A stretch of DNA of 64,000 nt from Verrucomicrobiota bacterium (GTDB lineage: Bacteria; Verrucomicrobiota; Verrucomicrobiia; Opitutales; Oceanipulchritudinaceae), in contig JANRLC010000048.1 in NCBI GenBank assembly GCA_033762955.1, positions 1 to 64,000 on the forward strand, given 5' to 3'. The position numbers and the translations under genes are program-made. Positions 8,611 to 18,459 of this stretch are shown piece after piece. The notes beneath the pieces were generated by a model. That model was not told where the DNA came from. It was given only the letters and a program-made list of their open reading frames with translations, and did no database searches. The number at the start of each line of letters is the position of its first letter. Positions within the stretch are counted from its first letter, which is position 1.

Positions 8611-10809
8611 TTGGGCACCTTTGGAAACACCATTATGCATGACCATATTCTAAAATCATGGCTTGGCGATATACCACCATTCAATGACGAAATCGGTCAC
8701 AAGACGGGGATTGTCAGCCCGGCCTGGAACGTTGATCATGCGGAAATGTATCCGACAATCCCGCTCGATCACGCCACCATCCGCATGGTTGGATCCGCCG
8801 AAGTGCTGCTTACGTATGCGATGCCCGGGCATCCGCCGCTGGCCATCGCCCCACCATGCTGGTCGCTCGACGACCGCGAGGTGGTCGGCGCTGTCGCTTG
8901 CTGGCGAACCGGCGAGCAGCGCGACCTGCCCAACGGCTGCCGCGAGAGCGCGTGGAGCGGCGACCTTGTTCAGGCCCCCGGCCACCGCCTCGAGCTGACC
9001 CTGCGCTGGGCGGCCGACGATCCGGTGGTGCGCTTCCGCTTACGGCTGCACGGCCCCGGCCAATTGACCAAGCCCGAGGGCCGCGACCGGCTGCGCTTCC
9101 TCGCCTGCGACCTCGCCGACGCCGGCGACGTGACGCTCGTCGAGCTGTCGGCGTTTAATGAGCTGACCCACAGCTACCAGCCGGTCGAGCGCGAGCTACA
9201 GACCGGCGTGCACGAGATGGGACCGATCGTGGTGGCGAGTCGTGGCGGGCAGTCGCTCCTGCTCGCTTACGAGCACGGCTCGCAGGCCAACGAGGCCTTC
9301 CTCGCCTACGTCCGCGACGGCGACCAGCTTCGCCTCGACGCGGTGCAGGGCACCTACTGCTGCGGCGATCCCCTGCCGTGGACCTCGCCGTGGCTCGAGG
9401 TCGCGACGGTGGCCGGTGACCGCGACCAGCTCGCCCGCGCCTACCGCCGCTTCGTCCTCGACCACCTCGCCCTGCGCCCGGCGACACGGCGGCCGCTGAT
9501 CTGCTACAACACCTGGAACCGCCAGGAACGAGCCAAGCACTGGGAAGGGAAGCCGTACCTCGCCGACATGAACGAGGCGCGCATGCTGCTGGAGGTCGGC
9601 ATCGCCGCGCGCATGGGCATCGACGTCTTCGTCCTCGACACCGGCTGGTACGAGAAGACCGGCGACTGGCGGACCTCGCGCGAACGCTTCCCGCGCGGAC
9701 TCGATCCGGTGAAGGCGGCGCTCGACGCCAACGGCATGCGCCTCGGCCTGTGGTTCGGGCCGCTGCACGCGGCGCTCAGCTCGCAGGCGCGGGCCGCGCA
9801 CGAGGACTGCCTTATCTGCAGCCACGGCAAGCCGTGGGACGCGCATCCGGTGTGGGAGACCGAGGCGAGCCAGAATCTGTGCCTCGCTTCGCGCTGGGCC
9901 GAGGCCTTCGCCGACGAGCTGATCCGACTGCACCGTGAGACCGGGGTCACGGTGTTCAAGTGGGACGCCATCGGTCAATGGGGCTGCGATGCGCCGGGGC
10001 ACCGCCACGGCGGGACCGAGGCAACGCGCGAGGAGCGCGCCGCGCGCTACGCCTATCTCCTGCCGCTGGCCATGGCCGAGGTGGTCGAGCGCCTCGCCGA
10101 GGCGGTGCCGGAGGCGATCGTCGACTTCGACGTCACCGAGGGCGGCCGCGCCGTCGGCCTCGCATTTCTCGCCTCGGGGCGCTACTTCCTGATCAACAAC
10201 GGGCCGTACTTCGCCAACTACGACCTGCCCAACGCGGTCGACGGCAACAGCAACATATTCCTCGGCCTCGGCCAGACCCGGGCGATGATCTGCCGTCAGA
10301 GCTACGCCTACGACCGCTGGCTGCCGGCCAACCTCACCCTGGTCCACTACCTGCCGGACGATCCGGCGCCGGCGGCGAGTTCGTGGACGAGGCCCAACGC
10401 CGCCGTCGATATCCTCGAGGTCACGCTGGCCTCGGTGGTGCTCGGTCACAACGGCTTCTGGGGCGACCTGACGGCGGTGTCGGAGGCCGGGGTGGCACGC
10501 ATCCGCGCCGTCCTCGAACGCTGGCGCACGGTGCGCGACGCGGTCACCCGGGCGCAGCCGCGGCGCATCGGCGCTCCGGGCATGGCGCCGGAGATCCACG
10601 AGAAGCTGCACGACGGGCGCGGCGTGGTCGCCATCTTCGCCGCCCAGGCCGGCGCCTGGGAGCACGTCACCACCGGGCCGGTGGCGCAAGCCGACTGGGC
10701 CATGCCGAGCGTCAACGGCGACACCATCATCACCCGCCTGCCCGACGGACGGGCGCGCATCCGCGCCGTGTTCCGCGCGCCCGGGGCGCGGCTGGCGGTG
10801 TTCGGCTGA
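8611..10809 (+). CDS. GH36-family alpha-galactosidase (melibiase-like), horizontally acquired
   Basis: The 732-aa ORF has the GH27/36 (DxGW) signature FVLDTGWYE. Coding GC is about 72% from about 8850 onwards against about 56% for its neighbours. Confidence 0.7.
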   Translation: MGTFGNTIMHDHILKSWLGDIPPFNDEIGHKTGIVSPAWNVDHAEMYPTIPLDHATIRMVGSAEVLLTYAMPGHPPLAIAPPCWSLDDREVVGAVACWRTGEQRDLPNGCRESAWSGDLVQAPGHRLELTLRWAADDPVVRFRLRLHGPGQLTKPEGRDRLRFLACDLADAGDVTLVELSAFNELTHSYQPVERELQTGVHEMGPIVVASRGGQSLLLAYEHGSQANEAFLAYVRDGDQLRLDAVQGTYCCGDPLPWTSPWLEVATVAGDRDQLARAYRRFVLDHLALRPATRRPLICYNTWNRQERAKHWEGKPYLADMNEARMLLEVGIAARMGIDVFVLDTGWYEKTGDWRTSRERFPRGLDPVKAALDANGMRLGLWFGPLHAALSSQARAAHEDCLICSHGKPWDAHPVWETEASQNLCLASRWAEAFADELIRLHRETGVTVFKWDAIGQWGCDAPGHRHGGTEATREERAARYAYLLPLAMAEVVERLAEAVPEAIVDFDVTEGGRAVGLAFLASGRYFLINNGPYFANYDLPNAVDGNSNIFLGLGQTRAMICRQSYAYDRWLPANLTLVHYLPDDPAPAASSWTRPNAAVDILEVTLASVVLGHNGFWGDLTAVSEAGVARIRAVLERWRTVRDAVTRAQPRRIGAPGMAPEIHEKLHDGRGVVAIFAAQAGAWEHVTTGPVAQADWAMPSVNGDTIITRLPDGRARIRAVFRAPGARLAVFG

Positions 10810-10975
10810 GCGGTACTGGGTGGGTTTGCGAAACCGCATCCCCGCCCTATGCTGCGGCCATGGCGATCGAGCGTCCCATCCTCCTGGTCGGTGGCGCCCC
10901 GAGCGTGCCGGTGTACGCCGTCCGCCACCTCACCGTCGCGGCGACTGGCACCACCGCCCATATTATTAGAGTCCT
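10810..10975 (+). pseudogene. truncated 5' fragment of a high-GC donor gene (MAIERPILLVGGAPSVPVYAVRHLTVAATG...)
   Basis: High GC continues for about 160 bp after the GH36 stop, with an ORF start and no completion; GC then drops sharply. Confidence 0.35.
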
Positions 10976-11039
10976 CATGCGCTACATAAATCCAGACATC
11001 CTGAAGTCGTGGGAATTGAGATGAATCCTGTTTGCCTTT

Positions 11040-11335
11040 AAGAGCACCAACGGCGCGCACTAGCCATAGCCTGGCCAACGGCCCAGGTTTAGACTAAACA
11101 ATGCCATGAGCGTTGAAGGCGCGTGTCCTACAACCCGCTGGGGACTCGCTTTCAGCGCTCCCGATCCTGTATATATATCGTTTTACCTGGGTTGTTGGCC
11201 CAGGCTGTCTTAAGGTCGCGCCGTTGGCGCTGCATGGAGAACATAGCACCTCTACCACAGTCCTCTAGGGTTCATCCTACTTCACGCAACCGCCGGGAAT
11301 CCCTTTGTTTTCGTCCTGACTTCAGGATGTCTGAA
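11040..11335. mobile_element. MITE-like palindromic repeat, copy B (inverted relative to copy A)
   Basis: See copy A. It also carries the internal palindrome CGCTTTCAGCGCTCCCGATCC / GCGCCTTCAACGCTCATGG shared with copy C, and ends ...GACTTCAGGATGTCTG. Confidence 0.7.
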
Positions 11336-11493
11336 ATCAGGGTCAACCCTTCTTGCACCACAGGTTCCAGGAGCCGGTAGTTCATGATCCTCGTGATTCT
11401 TGAGCGGTCCATTCCAGTGATGACAGACAACTCGGCATAGTCATCGACTTTTCCCGCTGCAAGCCACTCGTCGAATACAACTGCACAGGCCAT
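11272..11493 (-). CDS. small HTH DNA-binding protein (hypothetical); 3' end overlaps MITE copy B
   Basis: MACAVVFDEWLAAGKVDDYAELSVITGMDRSRITRIMN carries a helix-turn-helix. The last 20 or so codons are encoded by MITE sequence. Confidence 0.35.
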   Translation of the reverse strand: MACAVVFDEWLAAGKVDDYAELSVITGMDRSRITRIMNYRLLEPVVQEGLTLISDILKSGRKQRDSRRLREVG

Positions 11494-11677
11494 CAACCGG
11501 GCTTCGCGGGGCACTGGTTCGGCTCTGTTGCGATTGGACCGAGGGGGTGCGAATGATTGAGGAAGACAAAAAAACGGGCTAACCAATAAAGGAATAAAAA
11601 CTCAGATGCGCCCGCAGATCAGAACCATTCAACATAACCTTGTCAAATCACACAAAGACTTGATAGGCTAATGGAAC

Positions 11678-14026
11678 ATGGTCTCATCAATCCTCTCCTT
11701 CATTACGGAAAATCCGGTGTATATCGTCTTGGGTTTTGCCATTTTGTTTGTGCTCTATAACTCGATTACCATTGCGCGTGGTGATCAGATTATCACGCTT
11801 GAGCGACGGTGGTTTGGGCGGCAAATGCCGGATGGGCGCACGGTGGCTCTCTCAAATGAGGTCGGTGTGCAAGCGCGGGTTCTTGGCCCAGGTTTCCACT
11901 TCCTGATTCCATTCATTTATAGAACATCGAAGTATTACTTCATCGACATCCCGCCAAACCAGGTCGGTGTTGTCCGGGCGATTACGGGCAAGCCGATTCC
12001 GTCTGGCAGCTACATGGCGAGGAGTGTCGAGTGTGATCTTTTCCAGGATGGGGAAGCCTTTCTGCGCAATGGCGGTGAAAAGGGTCCGCAACTGGCCATT
12101 CTCCCTGAAGGGCAATACAAGCTGAACCCGAAGCTCTTCGAGGTGAAGATTGTCGATGCCATCATGATTCAGGATAACGAGGTGGGCTATGTCGAGGCCA
12201 TCGATGGGCAACCGGTTACCCGGGTTGGCGGGAACTTTGGTTCACCCGTTCAATGCGACAGCTTTCAGGACGCAGAAGCTTTCATTAAGAACGGCGGTCA
12301 GAAGGGACCCCAGATATTCTTCCTCGTACCCGGATTCTACCGCATCAACACCATCCTCTTTCAGGTGGAGAAGCGTCCGATTACCGAGATCAAAGGTGGT
12401 CAGATAGGGTTGGTTGAGGCGACGGATGGGGCGCGCATCCCCGAGGGCCGCCTCTTGTCCGTCAAAGTCGTAGGCCATAATAATTTCTATGATGGCGAGG
12501 CATTCATCCAGAACGGTGGCGAAAAGGGCCGCCAGCTCGATGTCCTCATGCCGGGTCGCTACCGTATCAACCCTGCGTTATTCAAAATAATCAGCGTGGT
12601 AGATTGGACGACGATTGATGCGGACCAGGTGGGGATCGTGACGATTTTAGAGGGTAAGCCTATTGTAGATTCCACGAAGATTGCCGCTGAAGAGTTACCG
12701 CTGGGTACCCATAACAATTTCCAGGACCCCGCGGCATTCCTCGCAGCTGGCGGGCAGAAGGGTTTGCAGATTCCAGTACTGCGTGCGGGTAACTACGCCA
12801 TCAACCCGTGGTTCGCATCGGTTGAGAAAGTCCCCATGATTCGCGTGGATATTGGTTACTGTGGCGTGGTGACGAGTTATGTAGGGCCGGAGGGTGCTGA
12901 TCTCACCGACGATGCCGTGAACGCGAAGATAGTAGCCAATGGTTACAAGGGGATATGGGCAGACCCGCTTCAGCCCGGCAAGCACCCGCTCAACACCAAG
13001 ATAATGAAGGTGGACATTGTCCCCACTACACAGATTCTCCTCAACTGGGCGGACAGCCGCTCCAGTGCGCATGAGCTTGATTCCAACTTGAAGACGATCA
13101 CGCTGCGCACCGCAGATGCCTTCAACGTAAACATGGATGTAAGTGTTATAATCCATATCCCGATGAAGAACGCACCGAAGGTTATTGCGAATCTCGGGTC
13201 TGTTAAGAACATGATCTCCCAGGTGCTGGAGCCCGCCATCAGCTCACACTTCCGCAACTCTGCCCAGTACATCAAGGCGCTCGATCTCTATACCGAGCGT
13301 AAAGAGCTGCAGGAGATGGCCAAAGCCCATATTGATGCGGTGCTTAAAGTTCACCACATTGACTCCAAGGACACATTGATAGCGGATGTGGTACTGCCTG
13401 CTGAGTTGACCAAGACTGTCACCAACCGGCAAATTGCAGAGCAGGAAAAGAAGACCTACGCCACGCAGAAAGAGGCGCAGGACGAACGCCGCTCCCTCGA
13501 GAACGCCACTGCTCAGGCTGCCATGCAGCCGAAGGTCGTGGAGTCCGAGCGCAATGTGGAAATCCAGAAGAACGTTGCCGAGGGCAAAGTCCGCGAGGCC
13601 GAGGGCTCCAAGGCCGCCGCCATTCTGCATGCCACCGGAGAATCCGAAGCCATCAAGCTTAAGGCCACAGCACAGGCCGAAGCCACGAAAGTCACCGCCA
13701 TTGCCACGGCGGAGGCCACGGCCAAAGTCGGTAACGCCGAAGCCGAGGTCATCCTGGCCAAAGGCCGTTCGAATGCCGAAGCCTACAGGCTCGAGGTCGA
13801 GGCCATGGGCAAGGATGTCTTTGGGCAAATCCGTGTCATCGACAAGATCGCAGCCAGCAATCTCAAGCTCATCCCCGAGAACCTCGTTATCGGTGGCGGC
13901 GGCGGTAGTGGCGATAACGGTGGGCTCATGAACGGCTTCTTCGGCATCAGCCTGCTTGAAAAGCTAACAGGGCGCGGGTTCACTGTCCGAAGCGATGATA
14001 CGAATACCCTGCCTCCCAAGAAGTAG
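11678..14026 (+). CDS. SPFH/flotillin-like membrane protein with four N-terminal tandem repeats
   Basis: It has an N-terminal TM helix and an SPFH N-motif LGPGFHFLIPFI. Four repeats of about 90 aa follow (FQDGEAFLRNGGEKGPQLAILPEGQYKLNP, FQDAEAFIKNGGQKGPQIFFLVPGFYRINT, FYDGEAFIQNGGEKGRQLDVLMPGRYRINP, FQDPAAFLAAGGQKGLQIPVLRAGNYAINP). The C-terminus is a flotillin-type A/E-rich coiled coil (AEAEVILAKGRSNAEAYRLEVEAMGKD). Confidence 0.7.
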   Translation: MVSSILSFITENPVYIVLGFAILFVLYNSITIARGDQIITLERRWFGRQMPDGRTVALSNEVGVQARVLGPGFHFLIPFIYRTSKYYFIDIPPNQVGVVRAITGKPIPSGSYMARSVECDLFQDGEAFLRNGGEKGPQLAILPEGQYKLNPKLFEVKIVDAIMIQDNEVGYVEAIDGQPVTRVGGNFGSPVQCDSFQDAEAFIKNGGQKGPQIFFLVPGFYRINTILFQVEKRPITEIKGGQIGLVEATDGARIPEGRLLSVKVVGHNNFYDGEAFIQNGGEKGRQLDVLMPGRYRINPALFKIISVVDWTTIDADQVGIVTILEGKPIVDSTKIAAEELPLGTHNNFQDPAAFLAAGGQKGLQIPVLRAGNYAINPWFASVEKVPMIRVDIGYCGVVTSYVGPEGADLTDDAVNAKIVANGYKGIWADPLQPGKHPLNTKIMKVDIVPTTQILLNWADSRSSAHELDSNLKTITLRTADAFNVNMDVSVIIHIPMKNAPKVIANLGSVKNMISQVLEPAISSHFRNSAQYIKALDLYTERKELQEMAKAHIDAVLKVHHIDSKDTLIADVVLPAELTKTVTNRQIAEQEKKTYATQKEAQDERRSLENATAQAAMQPKVVESERNVEIQKNVAEGKVREAEGSKAAAILHATGESEAIKLKATAQAEATKVTAIATAEATAKVGNAEAEVILAKGRSNAEAYRLEVEAMGKDVFGQIRVIDKIAASNLKLIPENLVIGGGGGSGDNGGLMNGFFGISLLEKLTGRGFTVRSDDTNTLPPKK

Positions 14027-14243
14027 GCGGAAGGTCGCAGAAGGCAGCCTGCTAAAGCAGGGTTTGTGTTTAGCTTTAGCGTAGAATTCATGGGATCCTG
14101 TCGCACCGAAGGCGCACTGGACTCAAGAGTGGTTGCGCCTTCGGCGCGGAATGTGTCCCGTTGGCCTTGGCATACGCTAAGCGCGTACCGATGTCGTGGG
14201 AATATCCAATAACCCGAATCCGCCCCGTTCTGTCTGCCTTCCT

Positions 14244-16730
14244 TTAATCAGCACGAAGGGACACGGCAGGCGAAACTTTCAATGCCCGACGAGTGGGACC
14301 GTAGCAGGCAACCGCAGTGATAAATGAGATAAGGAGGGTGACCAGGCTCAGGATGACTGGGTCAAAGGGATTCACTTCAAATAGTATGGCTCGCATGGTT
14401 CCACAGGTTAAGAAGCAAAGGGTTAACCCAAGAAGCAGACCAATGATCAACTGAATGCCCGTCTCTTTGCCAAGCTGCCAGATGACATGCTCGGGGCGTG
14501 CCCCCAGCGCCATGCGGATGCCTATCTCCTGGCGGCGCTGATTGACATAAAAGCTTACCACACCATACAGACCGAGGCTGGTCATAAAGATGCCGATAAT
14601 CGCACTTACTACAAAGGCCTCTGAGACAACTGCCATGGAGTGCGTCTCTTGCTCGACGAAGTAGCTGGGCACATTTATTGCCATGACCGGAATTTCAGAG
14701 TCAAGAGCGGTGACAGTCTCTCGAAGGATGGCGGCCATACGGAGTGGGTCACCTGCCTTGGGGCGGATAAGGATCGTGGCGAAGTCGCGGGCACGGTCGG
14801 TGGTGGGTGTGTATATCCCACTGCCATCTCCATAACGTTGTGAAGGGCTGAGTCCGCGCATTTCCAGCGTGGGACAAATGCCGACGATAGTCATCCAGTG
14901 TTCCTTGTCCCAATCCATGCGGATTCGTTTACCCAGTGGGTTCTCTTTGGGAAAATTGGTTTCAGCGAAGCGCTGGTTGACTATGCAGACACGTTCCGTT
15001 GTGGAGATATCCGTCTCCGCGAACTCTCTCCCGTTGACGAGTGGCACGCCAAGAGTCTTGAAATAATCCGGTGAGATGGACTCGGCCCGGCAGAAGGGAT
15101 AGTCCTTTTCCGATGCGTAAGTGGTGCCTTCGACTAGATAGCGCATTCCATTGATGCCGGAGATTTGGTAACGGTCGGTAATCGCTACCGAAGCGACATC
15201 GGGGTTCTCGCGTATCCGCTGACGAAGGGTACTATAGAAACGACCTCTGGAGAATTCGTCCGCATACTTTCCCTGTGTCAGGATAGTCTGGCCCATCAAG
15301 TGACTATTTAATTCGTATCCAAGCTGAATCTTGCGGGAGTTAATGATGGATTTGGTCATCAAAGCCGAGGCCACTACGAGGGTGAAACACAGGGCGATCT
15401 GAATGATCACAAGAGCACGACTGAACCGACCAATCGACCATCCTGAGCCACTGCGACCACCGTCCTTGAGTAATTCGTTGAGATTGGTATGGGCTGCCTT
15501 CCATGCTGGTAGCATTCCCGCGATGAGTCCAGCTAGTGCTGTGGTGAAAATAGTTACGATGAGAGTGAGAGGATCGATGCGCACATGCATCCAGTAGGGA
15601 ATGGTATCACTCGATGAGATACTGTCGAAGATGGCACTGCTGCCATGTATGGCAAGCAGTGTCCCCAAGCCAGCACCGACCACCGCGATGAGTACACTCT
15701 CCACCAGCATCTGCGTGGCAATTGTCCATGGGCCAGCCCCGAGGGCAGCGCGAACGGCAAGCTCCCGGGTACGCGTGGATGCACGGGCGAGTAAGAGGTT
15801 CGCTACGTTCGCACACGCGGTAAACAGCAGGAGAATGGCGCTGGCAAACATGATTAAGAGCACAACTACAGTCGTGTTGTTATCTCCATAGCTGAAGTAG
15901 GCGGTGTACGGGATGATGCGGGCGGAGTTGAAATCCCCATGGGAGTCCGGGAACGTGGCGGCAAGCTGCTTCACCAAGCCATCAAGCTCGGTTTCGGCCT
16001 GTTCCAGAGAAATGCCTTCTTTCAGCCTGCCATACACCATACACATCTGGCCGTTATAGCGGTCATTGAAACTACGGTTAAGAGCCATGGCCTTGTCCAG
16101 ATGGAGTTGCATGGGTTGCCAGCCATCCTCGGCCACAGGGAAGCGGAATCCATCGGGCATGACCCCGAGGATGGTCGTTGCCATGCCATTCACTTTGATG
16201 CTGCGACCCACAACCGTGGGATCCGATGAGAAATCCGATTTCCACTTATGGTAACTGAGGATAATGGTGGGTTCCGCGCCGAATTGGTCATCGGCTTCGG
16301 TAAAGTTCCTCCCATACATGGGTTGTACTTCAAGGGGTATCAGCCAGTTTGCGCTGACATAGGCGAGATTGTAGCGGTGGGCTTCTTCCCCCTGGGATAC
16401 ATTGCGAAACAGAAACGGACGAAATGCACACAGTGAGTCGAAACTCTTAATCTGCTTTCGCCAGTCCTCGAGATCGAGCGGTGGTACAGCGGAGAAGTTC
16501 TTGTTCCCATCCTTGTGCATGCGAAGGAGCATGTAAATCCGCTCGCCTTCTCTTACGGGCAGGTTGCTTAACAGAATGCCATTTAACATACTGAATTGCA
16601 CGGTGACCATGCCGATGCCCAACGCCATGGCACCTATCGCCATGAGTGTTATGCCAGGTTGTTTACGCATCAGTTGGAGTGCGTACGTGGCATGGTGGAA
16701 CTGTATGCTTATAAAATTGGATAATGTCAT
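14244..16730 (-). CDS. ADOP-type ABC transporter permease (duplicated FtsX/MacB-like)
   Basis: The 828-aa ORF has two FtsX-type 4-TM domains and MacB-like periplasmic domains (ACANVANLLLARAS...). Confidence 0.75.
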   Translation of the reverse strand: MTLSNFISIQFHHATYALQLMRKQPGITLMAIGAMALGIGMVTVQFSMLNGILLSNLPVREGERIYMLLRMHKDGNKNFSAVPPLDLEDWRKQIKSFDSLCAFRPFLFRNVSQGEEAHRYNLAYVSANWLIPLEVQPMYGRNFTEADDQFGAEPTIILSYHKWKSDFSSDPTVVGRSIKVNGMATTILGVMPDGFRFPVAEDGWQPMQLHLDKAMALNRSFNDRYNGQMCMVYGRLKEGISLEQAETELDGLVKQLAATFPDSHGDFNSARIIPYTAYFSYGDNNTTVVVLLIMFASAILLLFTACANVANLLLARASTRTRELAVRAALGAGPWTIATQMLVESVLIAVVGAGLGTLLAIHGSSAIFDSISSSDTIPYWMHVRIDPLTLIVTIFTTALAGLIAGMLPAWKAAHTNLNELLKDGGRSGSGWSIGRFSRALVIIQIALCFTLVVASALMTKSIINSRKIQLGYELNSHLMGQTILTQGKYADEFSRGRFYSTLRQRIRENPDVASVAITDRYQISGINGMRYLVEGTTYASEKDYPFCRAESISPDYFKTLGVPLVNGREFAETDISTTERVCIVNQRFAETNFPKENPLGKRIRMDWDKEHWMTIVGICPTLEMRGLSPSQRYGDGSGIYTPTTDRARDFATILIRPKAGDPLRMAAILRETVTALDSEIPVMAINVPSYFVEQETHSMAVVSEAFVVSAIIGIFMTSLGLYGVVSFYVNQRRQEIGIRMALGARPEHVIWQLGKETGIQLIIGLLLGLTLCFLTCGTMRAILFEVNPFDPVILSLVTLLISFITAVACYGPTRRALKVSPAVSLRAD

Positions 16731-16929
16731 GAATCCGCTAAATTAGTAAATGTAATCAGCGTATTCAGCAAATTCCACGCCATTCTCCACGGGACTCCTA
16801 AAATCACGACCAGCACGTGGGTTTGGCGCTGTCGAGAGGGTTGCTACACGGACGCCTAGTACGTCAGTGTATCATTTCCGGGACAATTCCCGTACCGGAA
16901 ACGCGACTACATCCCCAGCGCTCTCCTGC

Positions 16930-18369
16930 TTAAGGATAGGCGATGATCACGCTTGGTACTACCTTAAGATCGGCGAAGTAGCGGGGGTGGGTGCCATACT
17001 CGCGGAAGTAGTAGAGCCAGCGGGTGCTCTCTGCGGTTTCTCCGAGCTGAAAGAGGTAGGGATAAGTTGTGCGATTTGTCCACCACCAGCTATCCATCGC
17101 CCAGTCGTAGATCCAGTAGCTATCATTTATACCGGGTGGGCAATATATCCAGTCGTGAGTGGTGCTCCAGACGATTGGGTATTCGGGAATATAGAGAAAA
17201 TCTGACAGCCAGTTACAGTAAATGATATTGGTGCCTACTACGGTGGACCCTCTGAAGTAAACCCGCCATTCCAAGGTGTCGAAGATGAATCCAGTGCTGA
17301 CGCCTTCGCTATCGCGGGCTGTACCGTAGATGAAGGTACTGTCCGCGCTTACACGGGCGTCTTCCAAGCTCCAGTTTCCGCCGAGGCCATCACTAAGATC
17401 GATGCCATAGCTGTTGGCGAGTTCTGTCTGTAGGGTGCGCATGCCAGCGGTGGCGTCCCAGATAAAGGCTGCGTACTTGTACTTTCCCGAAACAGCGTCG
17501 AAGCGCTCCAGATAACCGGTTGCCACAGTGCCGTCGGCATTCAGTGCCGAGGGGATGGCACTGTCCCAGCCGCTCACATGGACGAGAGCCGTCATCTCCC
17601 CGGCTTCATTCCAGAGGACTGCGCGATCGGTGGTGCCTGCGCCGGAGATTTTAGGACCTAGCGCATAGCCCGCAATTACTTTGCCGTTGCCTGAGACTGC
17701 GGTTGCGACGCTTTCGCTGTACCCAGCGCCATGCGAAAGCCGGGTGGGCACACCACTACGCCAGGCGATGGCGTTCGAGCCCTCATCAAATAGCGCGTAT
17801 CCTGCGAGTACGCTGCCGTCAGCGGAGAGTGCTTCACCGCTATGGATGAGTGCTCCTGCGGGAGCGGTCAGTATTGTACGGTTGCCTGCCTGATAGCTGA
17901 AGGCTACCCCACTTCCCGACTCGGTTGAGTCGCCAATGATTACCGCGCCATTGGCCGATATCGCACTGGGGAACACCACGGCTTCTGCGGTGCCGGTGCC
18001 CGTCATTAGCTCCGCGACAGACCCTATCTGCCAGCGAAACGCGGCTTCGAGGGTTACGGAGCTGGCGTTCTGGTAGGTCACGGTGCCCGTGGCTGTCGTG
18101 CCATCTGCACTAAGTGCAGCGAGTTTGCTCTCGATTAGAGTCAGCCCCTCCGGCAGCGCCATCACTTGCATGCCATTGAGGGAACCCCACACGGCGGCCC
18201 TGCTCTTATTGGCAACTACGAGATTCCCCCCTATGTGGTGCGTGTTGGCGACTGTTTTGACCGAGAAACCGCTTATGTTATAGGGTGCCTGGTCGAGAGG
18301 AGAAAAGGTGCTGGCGCCGTGGGCGCAAGTGAGTAGAAACGGCAGTAGAGCGAGGGCGAGTTGTTTCAT
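16930..18369 (-). CDS. secreted repeat protein (DG-repeat / HAF-like extracellular repeats)
   Basis: Signal peptide MKQLALALLPFLLTCAHG, followed by repeated xADGTxxxGxA motifs and a W-rich C-terminus. The start is moved to the internal ATG at 18369. Confidence 0.5.
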   Translation of the reverse strand: MKQLALALLPFLLTCAHGASTFSPLDQAPYNISGFSVKTVANTHHIGGNLVVANKSRAAVWGSLNGMQVMALPEGLTLIESKLAALSADGTTATGTVTYQNASSVTLEAAFRWQIGSVAELMTGTGTAEAVVFPSAISANGAVIIGDSTESGSGVAFSYQAGNRTILTAPAGALIHSGEALSADGSVLAGYALFDEGSNAIAWRSGVPTRLSHGAGYSESVATAVSGNGKVIAGYALGPKISGAGTTDRAVLWNEAGEMTALVHVSGWDSAIPSALNADGTVATGYLERFDAVSGKYKYAAFIWDATAGMRTLQTELANSYGIDLSDGLGGNWSLEDARVSADSTFIYGTARDSEGVSTGFIFDTLEWRVYFRGSTVVGTNIIYCNWLSDFLYIPEYPIVWSTTHDWIYCPPGINDSYWIYDWAMDSWWWTNRTTYPYLFQLGETAESTRWLYYFREYGTHPRYFADLKVVPSVIIAYP

Positions 18370-18459
18370 ATAACAGAGATAAAGAATGCAATTATTGGCG
18401 GATTGGCAAACCATCAAGACACACCATAGTCGGGTATGGTTCGTATTACAGTACGTAAA

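Noticed and set aside
9196-10839. Long antisense and overlapping ORFs (for example 547 aa on the minus strand, and 354 aa) inside the GH36 gene.
   Set aside because: They are typical spurious ORFs of about 72%-GC DNA. The sense ORF has the GH36 motifs.
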